DNA from: Treponemataceae bacterium
GTDB lineage: Bacteria > Spirochaetota > Spirochaetia > Treponematales > Rectinemataceae
Direction: 5' to 3'
DNA: 64,000 nt
Assembly: GCA_963678065.2 (NCBI GenBank)
Contig: CAXXVZ010000003.1
Coordinates: forward strand, 1,728,001 to 1,792,000
The notes under the pieces: model-generated
What the model saw: only the letters and a program-made list of their open reading frames with translations
Database searches by the model: none
Told to the model about the DNA's origin: nothing
In this document: piece by piece, positions 9,827 through 19,427 of the stretch
Layout of the letters: every line of letters begins with the position of its first letter
Position numbering within the stretch: position 1 is the stretch's first letter
Made by a program: the position numbers and the translations under genes

Positions 9827-10915
9827 ATGAGCATCAGTGTTGGCGTTGATCTTCACAAGACGCAGTTCACGATGTTCGCCCGCGTGGGCGAAGGTTTTTT
9901 CGGGAAGTACCTGACGACAGAGGACGGATATGAAGCGTTCTTGGCGCGAATCAGGGTGTGGCGAAAGGAAGGGCAGTCGGTGCGGGTGGGCGTCGAGTCG
10001 ACCGGCAATACGAGGTACTTCAAAAACAGGATGGAGCGAGAGGGCATCGAAGTGAGAGTGATCAACACGCTCAAGTTCAAAGTCGTCAACGAATCGGTGA
10101 AGAAGACCGATCGTCACGACGCCGCGACCATCGCGGAGTTTCTCGAGAAAGACATGCTTCCTGAGTCTCATCTCTGCTCCGAGGCGAGTGAGCAGCTACG
10201 ACGACTCTTGAAGGTTCGTACGACATTGGTTCGGACTATCGTGACGGTGAAGAACCAGATTCACGGGCTATTAATCGGGCTGGGGATGCAGGATTCCAAA
10301 GCCAGTCTGCAAAGCAAGCGAGGGCGCCAGAAGATTCTGGACACCCTCGCAGGAGCGGACAACGGACTCGTGGTCCAACCGCTGTTCGAAACGATAGATC
10401 GGCTCGAAGAGAACGTCAAGATTGTGGAACGCGAGCTCGAGGCTCTGACGGGAAAAGATCGAGCGGTCGAACTTCTCCAGACGATTCCCGGCTGCGGCAA
10501 AGTGACGGCATGGACGATCCGCGCCTTCACGGACGACATCGGGCGTTTCGAATCATTTAGGAACTATTCCGCCTTCGCGGGCCTCGTTCCATGGGTCCAA
10601 TGCTCGAACACCACCGAGCACTACGGCCGGATCACGAAGCGTGGCCCCGAGGAACTCCGGACGGCATTGGTCCAGCTGGTGCTCGGGATGCGAAGAAGCA
10701 AGCAGACGTTATCCTGGCGACTGATGGAACGCTACGCGAGAATGAGACACGAGAAAGGGACGGGAAGAACGATCATCGCGACCGCCCGAAGGATTTCCAG
10801 GATCATCTGGTGCATGTTGACTGCTGACGAGCCTTTCGATCCTAGTCTCATGATCGATAAACGACTGAGCAAAAAGGCGGATTCCATGCGGGCCGCCCTG
10901 AGGATAACCGCATGA
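9827..10915 (+). CDS. IS110 DEDD recombinase/transposase
   Basis: GVDLHK, VESTG and KTDRHDA (DEDD); AGLVP..CS and ITKRG in the C-terminal domain; ORF intact. Confidence 0.95.
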   Translation: MSISVGVDLHKTQFTMFARVGEGFFGKYLTTEDGYEAFLARIRVWRKEGQSVRVGVESTGNTRYFKNRMEREGIEVRVINTLKFKVVNESVKKTDRHDAATIAEFLEKDMLPESHLCSEASEQLRRLLKVRTTLVRTIVTVKNQIHGLLIGLGMQDSKASLQSKRGRQKILDTLAGADNGLVVQPLFETIDRLEENVKIVERELEALTGKDRAVELLQTIPGCGKVTAWTIRAFTDDIGRFESFRNYSAFAGLVPWVQCSNTTEHYGRITKRGPEELRTALVQLVLGMRRSKQTLSWRLMERYARMRHEKGTGRTIIATARRISRIIWCMLTADEPFDPSLMIDKRLSKKADSMRAALRITA

Positions 10916-10983
10916 TGCCGGCGTAGCCGGGCAATTTCGGATTCGTGTCGACCACCCGGTTGACATTTTATAGGAGAAGGATC

Positions 10984-12876
10984 ATGAAGAAACTATTCTG
11001 TGCTGCGCTATCGATCTGCCTTCTGTTGAGCGCAAGCGCAGCCTTCGCGCTCGACTACAAGCAGCATTTCGACAACAATGCCACGTTCGAGACCCTGAAA
11101 GAGGCCCACACCAACGGAGCCTTGTACCTGAGTTCGGCTACCGGCAGGACCTATGTGCCCGATCCGGCGCTGGACAGCTACCCGGATGAAACCACCTATG
11201 TCTATCGTTCCGCCAGGATGTATACCTGCCTGAGCGCCGCCAACCGCATGAACACCACCATCCTGCTGTACTCGGACAAATCCTTCAACGGCAAGGAAGC
11301 GGCCCTGTCCTACATAAAGAGCCTGGGACTGACCGACATCATCGACAAGGCCTATGGCAGCGTGGTGCTGGTAACCCCTATCGACAAGAAAGGCGGCTTC
11401 GGCGCCGCCGACCAGTATGCCTACTACCAGCTGCAGTCCGCCATGGCCAACATCGACTTCTCAAAGAAGGTAGATGACAAGACCACCGTGTATTATGCGG
11501 ATGGCCCGTATTTCGGGGGCCAGACGTACCGCTACCTCATCGGCGTCGACGGCGGGGCTACCTTCCTGAACAACTATGTAGCCAGCACCTTCGACTACGT
11601 CAGCAGGATAGCGGGCATGCTCCTCGTCAACGGCAAGATGGAAAAGGTTCGGAAGGTCGCCTCGAGCGTTCCCGTGTACCTGGTGAACGCTTCCGATGAA
11701 ATCGTCGAGAAGTATAAGGAAGCCAACGGCACGAATGCCTCAGGCTACGAGCGTGGATTCCGCTACTACTTCAACCAGGCAAAGAGCCTGGAGAAGGTCG
11801 TCGTCAACCAGGACGCCAAGCTCGGCGCCGACTTGGTCAGCGACGTGTACAACACTTTCTTCATCAAGGCCATGCGCATTCCCGTGCTCAAGGCCGGCCT
11901 CAACGCCGCTTCCACCGTATACAACAATTACAGCTACAATCAGGCTCCCTACTCCCTGTGTGAGCGGAACGCCATCATCGACGGCAGGACGAAGGACGGG
12001 ATCAACGTCATCGAGCACAAAGAGGACAGCTTCAAGAGCATCGCCACCAAGACAGGCGAGTACATCCAGACCTGGTTCGAGATCCTGCCCGACGAGGTGC
12101 TGAACAACACCGCGCAGGCGGGCACCGTTCCCCTTTGGCTTTCCTGCCACGGCGGCGGCGACGACCCCGTGCAGTTCACGGACGAGATCGGTCTTCTCAA
12201 ACTGGCCGGCGAGGAGCGCTTCGCCATGGTCGCGCCCTCCTATCAGAACGTCTATTCCGACAGCGTAGTCTGCGGAAAAGCCATGTGTGCCACAGTGGAG
12301 ATGATGCTCAAGAAATACCCGGCCCTGGATGCCTCGCGCGTCTACGTGACCGGCTACTCCATGGGCGGCGGGACTACGGTGACTTCCTTCATGAATGATG
12401 TCAGGATGTTCGCCGCCGCCATACCGATGGCTGCCGGCTCACTGAAAGGCACCGACGATCAGATCGCCAGTTTGAACAAATACGGCCTGGCCTTCATGCA
12501 GCTCACCTCTTTTTATGACCCGGTGGCCTTCAATGCCGCGACCGGCACCCCAAAAGAGATGGTTGAAATCAACATGAACGCCTATCTGAGGTTCAACAAG
12601 ATCAACAGGACCATCGATAAGTTCGATTACGCGACTTATCCTGTCAGCGGCTATAAGGCGGATCGCTATATCGAAAGCACGTTGAACGGCGAATATACCA
12701 ACAAGCGCTGGTTTTTCATGAACGAGGAGGGAGCCCCCCTGGTTGGCTTCTGCTTTACCGACGATCTCATCCATGCCCTGTATCCGGAGTATGGATATAT
12801 GGCCTGGGATTTCGCCAAGCACTTCTCCCGCGACAAGGCTACGGGGAAGATTCTCTATACCCCTTTTGTCAAGTAA
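10984..12876 (+). CDS. Secreted esterase-like hydrolase, array copy 5
   Basis: ATG at 10984 after AGGAG; CHGGGDD, GYSMGG, LIHALYPEY. Confidence 0.8.
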   Translation: MKKLFCAALSICLLLSASAAFALDYKQHFDNNATFETLKEAHTNGALYLSSATGRTYVPDPALDSYPDETTYVYRSARMYTCLSAANRMNTTILLYSDKSFNGKEAALSYIKSLGLTDIIDKAYGSVVLVTPIDKKGGFGAADQYAYYQLQSAMANIDFSKKVDDKTTVYYADGPYFGGQTYRYLIGVDGGATFLNNYVASTFDYVSRIAGMLLVNGKMEKVRKVASSVPVYLVNASDEIVEKYKEANGTNASGYERGFRYYFNQAKSLEKVVVNQDAKLGADLVSDVYNTFFIKAMRIPVLKAGLNAASTVYNNYSYNQAPYSLCERNAIIDGRTKDGINVIEHKEDSFKSIATKTGEYIQTWFEILPDEVLNNTAQAGTVPLWLSCHGGGDDPVQFTDEIGLLKLAGEERFAMVAPSYQNVYSDSVVCGKAMCATVEMMLKKYPALDASRVYVTGYSMGGGTTVTSFMNDVRMFAAAIPMAAGSLKGTDDQIASLNKYGLAFMQLTSFYDPVAFNAATGTPKEMVEINMNAYLRFNKINRTIDKFDYATYPVSGYKADRYIESTLNGEYTNKRWFFMNEEGAPLVGFCFTDDLIHALYPEYGYMAWDFAKHFSRDKATGKILYTPFVK

Positions 12877-12939
12877 TTCCTGAGTGGAGCGCCCCTTGGG
12901 GGGCGGCGATATTGTCGACATAATAGGAGGGCTTAGCCC

Positions 12940-14871
12940 ATGTCCAAGAAACGAATCTCGTTCGTAATCACGCTGGCGCTCGCGGCGGCACTGGTGCTGC
13001 CCCTGAGCGTCTTCGCGCTCAACTACTCAGGCAGCCAGGGAAACACCGCCACCTTTGAGACCCTCGAGGAAACCCGCCTCAGCAGCCCCAAAGCCGTCGC
13101 CAACCTCGAGACCAACGTCGGCAAGGCCTTCAAGTCCCACCCCGTCCTCGACGCCTACCCCAAGGGCACGACCTATGTCTATCGTTCGCCCAATCTCAAC
13201 GGGGGAAGAGCCGCCGCCAGGCTCAACACCGACATCCTGGTCTTTGCCGAGAAAGCCTTCGCCGACAAGGGCGCCGCCCTCAAGTACATCGATGACCTTG
13301 GCCTGATCGACATCATCAACCAGGCCATCGGCAGCGTCATCCTCGTCACCCCGGCCGATCTCAAGGCAGGCTTCGGACAGGCCGACCAGAAGAACTACTA
13401 CGCCCTCCAGACCGCCATGCTCGCCCAGAAGGCTTCGGAGAGAGCTGGCACGGTCACGACCTACTACTCCGACGCCGAGTACTTCGGCGGTTTCGGCTAC
13501 ACCTACGTGATCGGCATCGACGGCGGAGCCACCTTCCTGAACAACTACGTCGCCGGCACCTTCGACTACGTCAGCAGGATAGCCGGCATGCTCCTGGTCA
13601 ACGGCAAGATGGACAGCATCCGCGCCGTCGCCTCCCTGGTCCCGACCTACCTGGTCAACGCCCCTGACTCGGTCGTGGAGAAGTACAAGAAGGCCAACGG
13701 CACCGACGCCTACGCCAGGACTGGCGAGGTCGAGACCTTCTACAACCAGGCGCTTCCGCTCAAGAAGGTCGTGGTCGCAAGCGATGCGTATCCCGACCTG
13801 GGGAAGTACATCAAGGACGCCTACTACAACCTCTTCATCAAGGCCATGCGCGTCCCCGTCGTCAAGGGTGGCTTGTACACTGCATCGACTCCATACCAGG
13901 GCTATGGTCTTGATCAAGCACCCTATTCCCTCTGCGACAGGAACGCTGTGATAAATGGAGCAACTGAAGACGGGATCCAATTCCTTCGCCGCACTGATGA
14001 GCGCTTCGGCGACGTCAAGACAATCGATGGCGAATACTTGCAGACTTGGTTCGAGTATCTCCCCAAAGAGGTATTGAATAATACTGCTCCTAAAGGAAGC
14101 GTCCCGCTCATACTCGCGATGCATGGCAGCGGGGACGATCCTCGCGGATTTGTCGACGAAGCTGGCTTGCTCGAAATTGCGGGCAAGGAACGTCTCGCTG
14201 TTGTGGCTCCAGAGCATCAATATATTTTCTGGACACAGCAGGGGAACAAGTATCTGGAAGGCATAGAATTAACCGTTATCCCTCGTTTGGTGCGATACGT
14301 ACTCAAGACCTACCCCGCCTTGGATCCCTCCCGCGTCTATGTAACAGGCTATTCCATGGGAGGGTATGCAACGTTCAAGGCAGTCCACGGTGACGCATCA
14401 CTATTCGCCGCAGCGGTGGCCATGGCCGGTATGGGCTATACACCAACTGAGGAACAAGCAGCACAATTCGATAAGATCGATATGCCCATCATGATGACTA
14501 CTTCAACAAACGATCTAGGCGTCGTATTCGATCAATCTGTATGGGGCATCGGTTCAAGTTATCAAGGCCAACTTCCGCTCTTCCTCGGATATAACGGCAT
14601 GAAAAAAATAGAAAAATTCGATTTCGCTTCCTATCCAGTTTCTGGATTCAAGGCTGACAAGGTCGTGAGCCTGCGGCTCAACGGAGAATACGGGAATACC
14701 ACGTGGTATCTCAACAACGACAAGGGCGTGCCTATGGTGGCCCTTACCGTGACCGAGAACCTCGTCCACGCCCTCTACCCCGAATACGCCAAGCTCATGT
14801 GGGAATTCGCCAAGCACTATTCCCGCAACCAAGGCACCGGGGCAATTGAGTACGCTCCCTTCGTCCGGTAG
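12940..14871 (+). CDS. Secreted esterase-like hydrolase, array copy 6
   Basis: MSKKRISF type; MHGSGDD, GYSMGG, LVHALYPEY. Confidence 0.8.
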   Translation: MSKKRISFVITLALAAALVLPLSVFALNYSGSQGNTATFETLEETRLSSPKAVANLETNVGKAFKSHPVLDAYPKGTTYVYRSPNLNGGRAAARLNTDILVFAEKAFADKGAALKYIDDLGLIDIINQAIGSVILVTPADLKAGFGQADQKNYYALQTAMLAQKASERAGTVTTYYSDAEYFGGFGYTYVIGIDGGATFLNNYVAGTFDYVSRIAGMLLVNGKMDSIRAVASLVPTYLVNAPDSVVEKYKKANGTDAYARTGEVETFYNQALPLKKVVVASDAYPDLGKYIKDAYYNLFIKAMRVPVVKGGLYTASTPYQGYGLDQAPYSLCDRNAVINGATEDGIQFLRRTDERFGDVKTIDGEYLQTWFEYLPKEVLNNTAPKGSVPLILAMHGSGDDPRGFVDEAGLLEIAGKERLAVVAPEHQYIFWTQQGNKYLEGIELTVIPRLVRYVLKTYPALDPSRVYVTGYSMGGYATFKAVHGDASLFAAAVAMAGMGYTPTEEQAAQFDKIDMPIMMTTSTNDLGVVFDQSVWGIGSSYQGQLPLFLGYNGMKKIEKFDFASYPVSGFKADKVVSLRLNGEYGNTTWYLNNDKGVPMVALTVTENLVHALYPEYAKLMWEFAKHYSRNQGTGAIEYAPFVR

Positions 14872-15013
14872 GCGAGAAGTCTTCAGCAATGGCGAAGTCG
14901 CGGAAGGCGAAATCTGCGCCAGCCTTCCGCGACCCGGTTTGGGGCGCAGGTAGAACAGGCGATATTGATGGCGACATCAATACGTATACGGATACCCAAT
15001 GGAGGGAAGAAAC

Positions 15014-16915
15014 ATGTCCAAGAAGCGAATCTCGTTCGTGATCGCTCTGGCGCTGGCGGCGGCACTTTTGCTGCCCGTGAGCGTCTTCGCGCTCAACTAT
15101 TCAGGGAGCCAAGGGAACGCCGCCACCTTCGAAACCCTCGAGGAAACCCGCCTCAGCAGCCCGGCTGCCGTCGCCAACCTCGAGACCAACGTCGGAAAGC
15201 CCTTCAAGTCCCACCCCGTCCTCGACGGCTACCCCAAGGGCACAACCTACGTCTATCGCTCGGCAGAGATGTACGGCGGACGGGCCGCGGCCAGGCTCAA
15301 CACCAACATCCTGGTATTCTCCGACCAATCCTTTGCCGGCAAGGCCCCTGCCCTCAACTACCTCAAGGACCTCGGACTCATCAAGATCATCGACCAGGCG
15401 ATCGGCAGTGTCATCCTCGTCACCCCCGCCGATCCCATGGCGGGCTTCGGCCAGGCCGACCAGAAGAACTACTACGCCCTCCAGACAGCCATGCTCGCCC
15501 AGAAGGCCTCCGAAACCTCCGGCAAGATAACGACCTACTACTCCGACGCCGAGTACTTAGGCGGCTACGGCTACACCTACGTCATCGGCATCAACGGCGG
15601 AGCTACCTTCCTGAACAACTACGTGGCCGGCACCTTCGACTACGTCAGCAGGATAGCGGGCATGCTCCTGGTCAACGGCAAGATGGACAGCATCCGCAAC
15701 GTCGCTTCCCTGGTCCCGGCCTACCTGGTCAACGCCCCGGACTCGGTCGTTGAGAAGTACAGGAAGGCCAACGGCACCGACGCCTACGCCAGGGAAGGCG
15801 GGGTCGAGACCTACTCCAACCAGGCCTTCCCCCTCAGGAAGGTCGTCGTCAACAACGACGTGACCGCAAACTTGGCCTCCATCGTCAGCGACGCCTACTA
15901 CAACCTGTTCATCAAGGCCATGCGCGTCCCTGTCGTGCTGCAGGGGCTCTATACCGCCGCCACCCCCTACCAGGGCTACAACTTCGACGAGGCGCCCTAT
16001 TCCCTCTGCGAGCGCAACGCGCTGATCAGCGGCGAGACAAAGAACGGGATTAGCTTGATCGCGCATAATGGCGAAAAACGCTTCGCGAGCATGAAATCCC
16101 AGAGTGGCGAATACCTCGATACTTGGTACGAATATCTCCCCAAGGAAGTGCTTAACAACACCGCCCCGAAGGGAAGCATCCCCCTCATCCTCGGCAACCA
16201 TGGCGGCGGAGACGATCCCCGCCTGTACATCGACGAAATGGGAATCCTGGCCCTTGCGGGAAATGAACGCCTCGCTGTTGTCGCAGCCGACCACAACAGC
16301 CTCAGCAACGATGTCAGGGGCCCCGCCCTGGCAGCGCTCGTCAAATACATGCTGGCGACCTATCCGTCGCTGGATCCTTCACGTGTCTACGCCATAGGCT
16401 ACTCCATGGGTGGCGGGGCGACGTACACGGTGTCGTATTACCAGCCCAGCCTATTCGCGGCCGTGGCCCCTGTGGCGGGCACGAATATCGAGCCCACCCA
16501 AGAAGAAGTCGCCAAGTTCGCGAGCTGCCAACTCCCGATTTATCTTTCAACCTCTTCGTACGACGTACGCCGTCTCCAGGAAGCCTGTGGAAGGATCAAC
16601 GACAACCTCGCCAACCAGGTAAAGCGCTGGTCTGGTTTTAACGGCATCGCGCCATTCGCGTTCGATTTTGTCACCTATCCGCTCTCAGGCTTCAAAGGGG
16701 ATTCCTTCACCATTCGGACATTGAATGGCGAATACGCGTCCTATACCTGGTATCTGAACAATGCTAATGGGGTCCCTATGGTAGCGCTCAACTACGTCCA
16801 GGATCTTATCCACGCGCTGTATCCCGAGTACGCAAATATCGCCTGGGAATACATGAAGCATTTTTCCAGGAACCAGCAGACTGGCGGAATCCAGTTTAAC
16901 CCGCACATAAAATAA
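15014..16915 (+). CDS. Secreted esterase-like hydrolase, array copy 7
   Basis: MSKKRISF start at 15014; NHGGGDD, GYSMGG, LIHALYPEY. Confidence 0.8.
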   Translation: MSKKRISFVIALALAAALLLPVSVFALNYSGSQGNAATFETLEETRLSSPAAVANLETNVGKPFKSHPVLDGYPKGTTYVYRSAEMYGGRAAARLNTNILVFSDQSFAGKAPALNYLKDLGLIKIIDQAIGSVILVTPADPMAGFGQADQKNYYALQTAMLAQKASETSGKITTYYSDAEYLGGYGYTYVIGINGGATFLNNYVAGTFDYVSRIAGMLLVNGKMDSIRNVASLVPAYLVNAPDSVVEKYRKANGTDAYAREGGVETYSNQAFPLRKVVVNNDVTANLASIVSDAYYNLFIKAMRVPVVLQGLYTAATPYQGYNFDEAPYSLCERNALISGETKNGISLIAHNGEKRFASMKSQSGEYLDTWYEYLPKEVLNNTAPKGSIPLILGNHGGGDDPRLYIDEMGILALAGNERLAVVAADHNSLSNDVRGPALAALVKYMLATYPSLDPSRVYAIGYSMGGGATYTVSYYQPSLFAAVAPVAGTNIEPTQEEVAKFASCQLPIYLSTSSYDVRRLQEACGRINDNLANQVKRWSGFNGIAPFAFDFVTYPLSGFKGDSFTIRTLNGEYASYTWYLNNANGVPMVALNYVQDLIHALYPEYANIAWEYMKHFSRNQQTGGIQFNPHIK

Positions 16916-17010
16916 GTTAGCCTTACCGCCGTACCACAAAAAGCTAGCTTACTGAGGGAGGACAAAAGCGTGCTTACAACCACACTACCTCTTAAAAGGA
17001 GATACTCAAG

Positions 17011-18912
17011 ATGAAAAAACTGCTCAGCCTGTTTCTGATACTGTACGTGATGATTCCCATCAGCGCATTCGCGCTCAACTATAAGCTGCATCTGCCCAAC
17101 GATGCCACCTTCGAAACCATGGAAGAAGCGCACGCGAATGGCTCGGCATGGCTGGCGAAAGTCACCGGGCGCCCCTATGCTCCCGATCCCGCGATGGACA
17201 GCTACCCTGTGGGCACTTCATGGGTGTATCGCGCCCCCGGCATGTACACCTGCATGACCGCCGCGCTGCGCATGAACACCAACTTCCTGGTGTACACCGA
17301 CAAGTCGTTTGCATCCAAGAACGATGCGTATGCGTACATCAAGGACATGGGGCTGGTGGATACCGTAAACGCATGCTACGGCAGCATCGTGCTGGTCACC
17401 CCCATCGACAAGAAAGCGGGCTTTGGCGACGCCGACCAGTATGCGTTCTATCAACTGCAGAGCGCCATGTGCAACTTGACCTATGCGGCCGGCACACGCG
17501 GCAAGCCCGATTTTGCCTATTATGCCGATAACTCCTACTACGGCGGCCTGACCTACCGCTACGCCATTGGCATTGGCGGCGGCGCGAACTTCCTGAACGA
17601 CTATGTCGCCTCCACCCTGGACTACGTTTCCCGCATGGCGGGTATGCTGCTGATTAACGGCAAAATGGACGCCGTCCGCGAGGTTGCCTCTCCTGTGCCC
17701 GTTTACCTGGTCAACCCCGGCGATGGCGTTGTGGAAAAATACAAAGCGGGCAACCGTACCGATGCTTCGGGGTATGAAGGCGATACGCAAATCTTCTTCA
17801 ACCAGCAGCTTCCCCTGCGGAAGGTGTGCGTGGAGCAGATCAAGAACATCGATCTGAAGGCGATGGTGGCGAAGGTGTATGAAGGCCTGTTCGTCAAGAC
17901 CTTCCGCAACGCCGTGGCCAACCCCTCGCTCTACACCCCCGGCACCCCCTACCGCAATTACAACTGGAACAAGGCCCCCTATTCGCTGGGCGCGCGCGTG
18001 GCTTTCTATACTGGCAAGACCGCGGGCGGACTTTGCGTGGCGGAGCACTTTGAGGAGCGCTTCGCCGACATAAAGACGACAACGGGCGAGTACCTGCAAA
18101 CCTGGTTCGAGGTCCTGCCCCAGGAAGCGCTGGACGGCACGGCGGTGAAGGCTTCCATCCCGCTGATTCTGGCCATCCACGGCGGCGGTGACGATGCCCT
18201 GCAGTTTGTGGACGAAACCGGCCTTCTGCCCATCGCCGAAAAGGAGCGCATTGCCATCGTCGCGCCCAACAACAGCGTGCTCGCCGTTGACAACGTGGCC
18301 ATGCCTGCGCTGGTGCGCTATATGCTGGCCGCCTATCCCGCGCTGGACGCTTCCCGCGTATATGTGACGGGCTACTCCACCGGCGGCATGGGCACGTGCG
18401 CCGCCACCTACGGCGCTCCGGAGCTCTTTGCGGCGAGCGTGCCCATGGCGGCGGGCAACCCCCCTTCAGCAACAATGCCCACTGGTAAGTACGACCCCAC
18501 CGATGCTCAGGTTGCCAATATCGCCAAGTACGATATGCCCATCATGATCATGTGTTCCACGTATGAAGGTTTCTTCGATCGCAATGTCGGCGGCCTGGAT
18601 GCGCGGTATCAGACCTATCTGACCACCTTCCTGTCCGGCAACCACATGGATCCCATCACATTCGACTTTGCAACCTACCCCAGGTCCGGCTTCAAGGCTG
18701 ATAGGTACTCCCGCACCGTGCTCAACGGCGAATATGTCGCCAACAATTGGGTGCTAAATAAGAACGGCATCCCCATGTTGAGCCTGAACATCACCGAAGG
18801 TCTGCCCCATGGCCTGTATCAGGAATACGGCGTGCTGGGCTGGAACTTCATGAAGCACTACGCCCGCGATCCGAAAACCGGCAAACTGAGGTATAACGTC
18901 AACGGTTTCTAA
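17011..18912 (+). CDS. Secreted esterase-like hydrolase, array copy 8
   Basis: Signal peptide ending AFA; IHGGGDD, GYSTGG, LPHGLY. Confidence 0.8.
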   Translation: MKKLLSLFLILYVMIPISAFALNYKLHLPNDATFETMEEAHANGSAWLAKVTGRPYAPDPAMDSYPVGTSWVYRAPGMYTCMTAALRMNTNFLVYTDKSFASKNDAYAYIKDMGLVDTVNACYGSIVLVTPIDKKAGFGDADQYAFYQLQSAMCNLTYAAGTRGKPDFAYYADNSYYGGLTYRYAIGIGGGANFLNDYVASTLDYVSRMAGMLLINGKMDAVREVASPVPVYLVNPGDGVVEKYKAGNRTDASGYEGDTQIFFNQQLPLRKVCVEQIKNIDLKAMVAKVYEGLFVKTFRNAVANPSLYTPGTPYRNYNWNKAPYSLGARVAFYTGKTAGGLCVAEHFEERFADIKTTTGEYLQTWFEVLPQEALDGTAVKASIPLILAIHGGGDDALQFVDETGLLPIAEKERIAIVAPNNSVLAVDNVAMPALVRYMLAAYPALDASRVYVTGYSTGGMGTCAATYGAPELFAASVPMAAGNPPSATMPTGKYDPTDAQVANIAKYDMPIMIMCSTYEGFFDRNVGGLDARYQTYLTTFLSGNHMDPITFDFATYPRSGFKADRYSRTVLNGEYVANNWVLNKNGIPMLSLNITEGLPHGLYQEYGVLGWNFMKHYARDPKTGKLRYNVNGF

Positions 18913-19139
18913 GGGAGCACGAAGTTGATCCCACGCGCGATGGTGAGATGTCTTTTGGTCAGACAGAACGCAGAGGACGGATTGGCATCCGCCGACACGC
19001 GCGGGATATATTCAGTGATTCTCTGATTTCTCATTGATCTTCGCGGCCGGGAGCGCAATCTCCCGGCCTTATATGGTAGCGGAGACTTCTCTCCTAGTTC
19101 TCTTGCGGGAAGACTGAGCCAGTGTTGACTTGTGAAAGT

Positions 19140-19330
19140 TGAGTCACCCCGGGTTTTCCGGAGACCGGAATTTTTGAGAGGATACGGCCATGGAAAAGAG
19201 AAACAACCGGTTTTCACCCGAGGTACAGGAACGGTCCGTTCGGCGTGTAGCTGAACAGCGAGGAGAGCATGAGCCGCAGTGGGCGACAATCTGTGCTGTC
19301 GTAGCCGATGATAAATTGCGGGACAATTGA
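19140..19330 (+). mobile_element. IS3-family (IS629-like) left-end remnant with truncated orfA (19190-19330)
   Basis: TGAGTCACCCCGGGTTTTCCGGAGAC resembles the IS629 IRL; peptide MEKRNNRFSPEVQERSVR..QWATIC resembles the IS629 OrfA N-terminus. Confidence 0.75.
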
Positions 19331-19427
19331 CCGTAGGATATAACATAAAGAGGTCGGTGCTGATGGAGAAGGCCTGAAGGGGAACCTTCTCGTTAAAAGT
19401 TTTATTGTTCCATTGCTAATGCTAAAT

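Larger units (their letters stand above)
8319..10971 (+). mobile_element. IS110-family insertion sequence (~1.36 kb without the nested IS3)
   Basis: 18-bp inverted repeats 8324-8341 and 10954-10971 (17/18 match); AGGAG at both junctions (8314-8318, 10972-10976); empty site reconstructable from the paralogous leader at 6179-6197. Confidence 0.9.

Noticed and set aside
10960..10990. Hybrid promoter from the IS110 outward -35 driving copy 5
   Set aside because: The sequence 17 nt downstream is CATGAA, a poor -10 that overlaps the start codon.
108..18912. Diversity-generating retroelement or integron explaining the array
   Set aside because: No reverse transcriptase, integrase, attC-like sites or adenine-specific template/variable repeat pair was seen.
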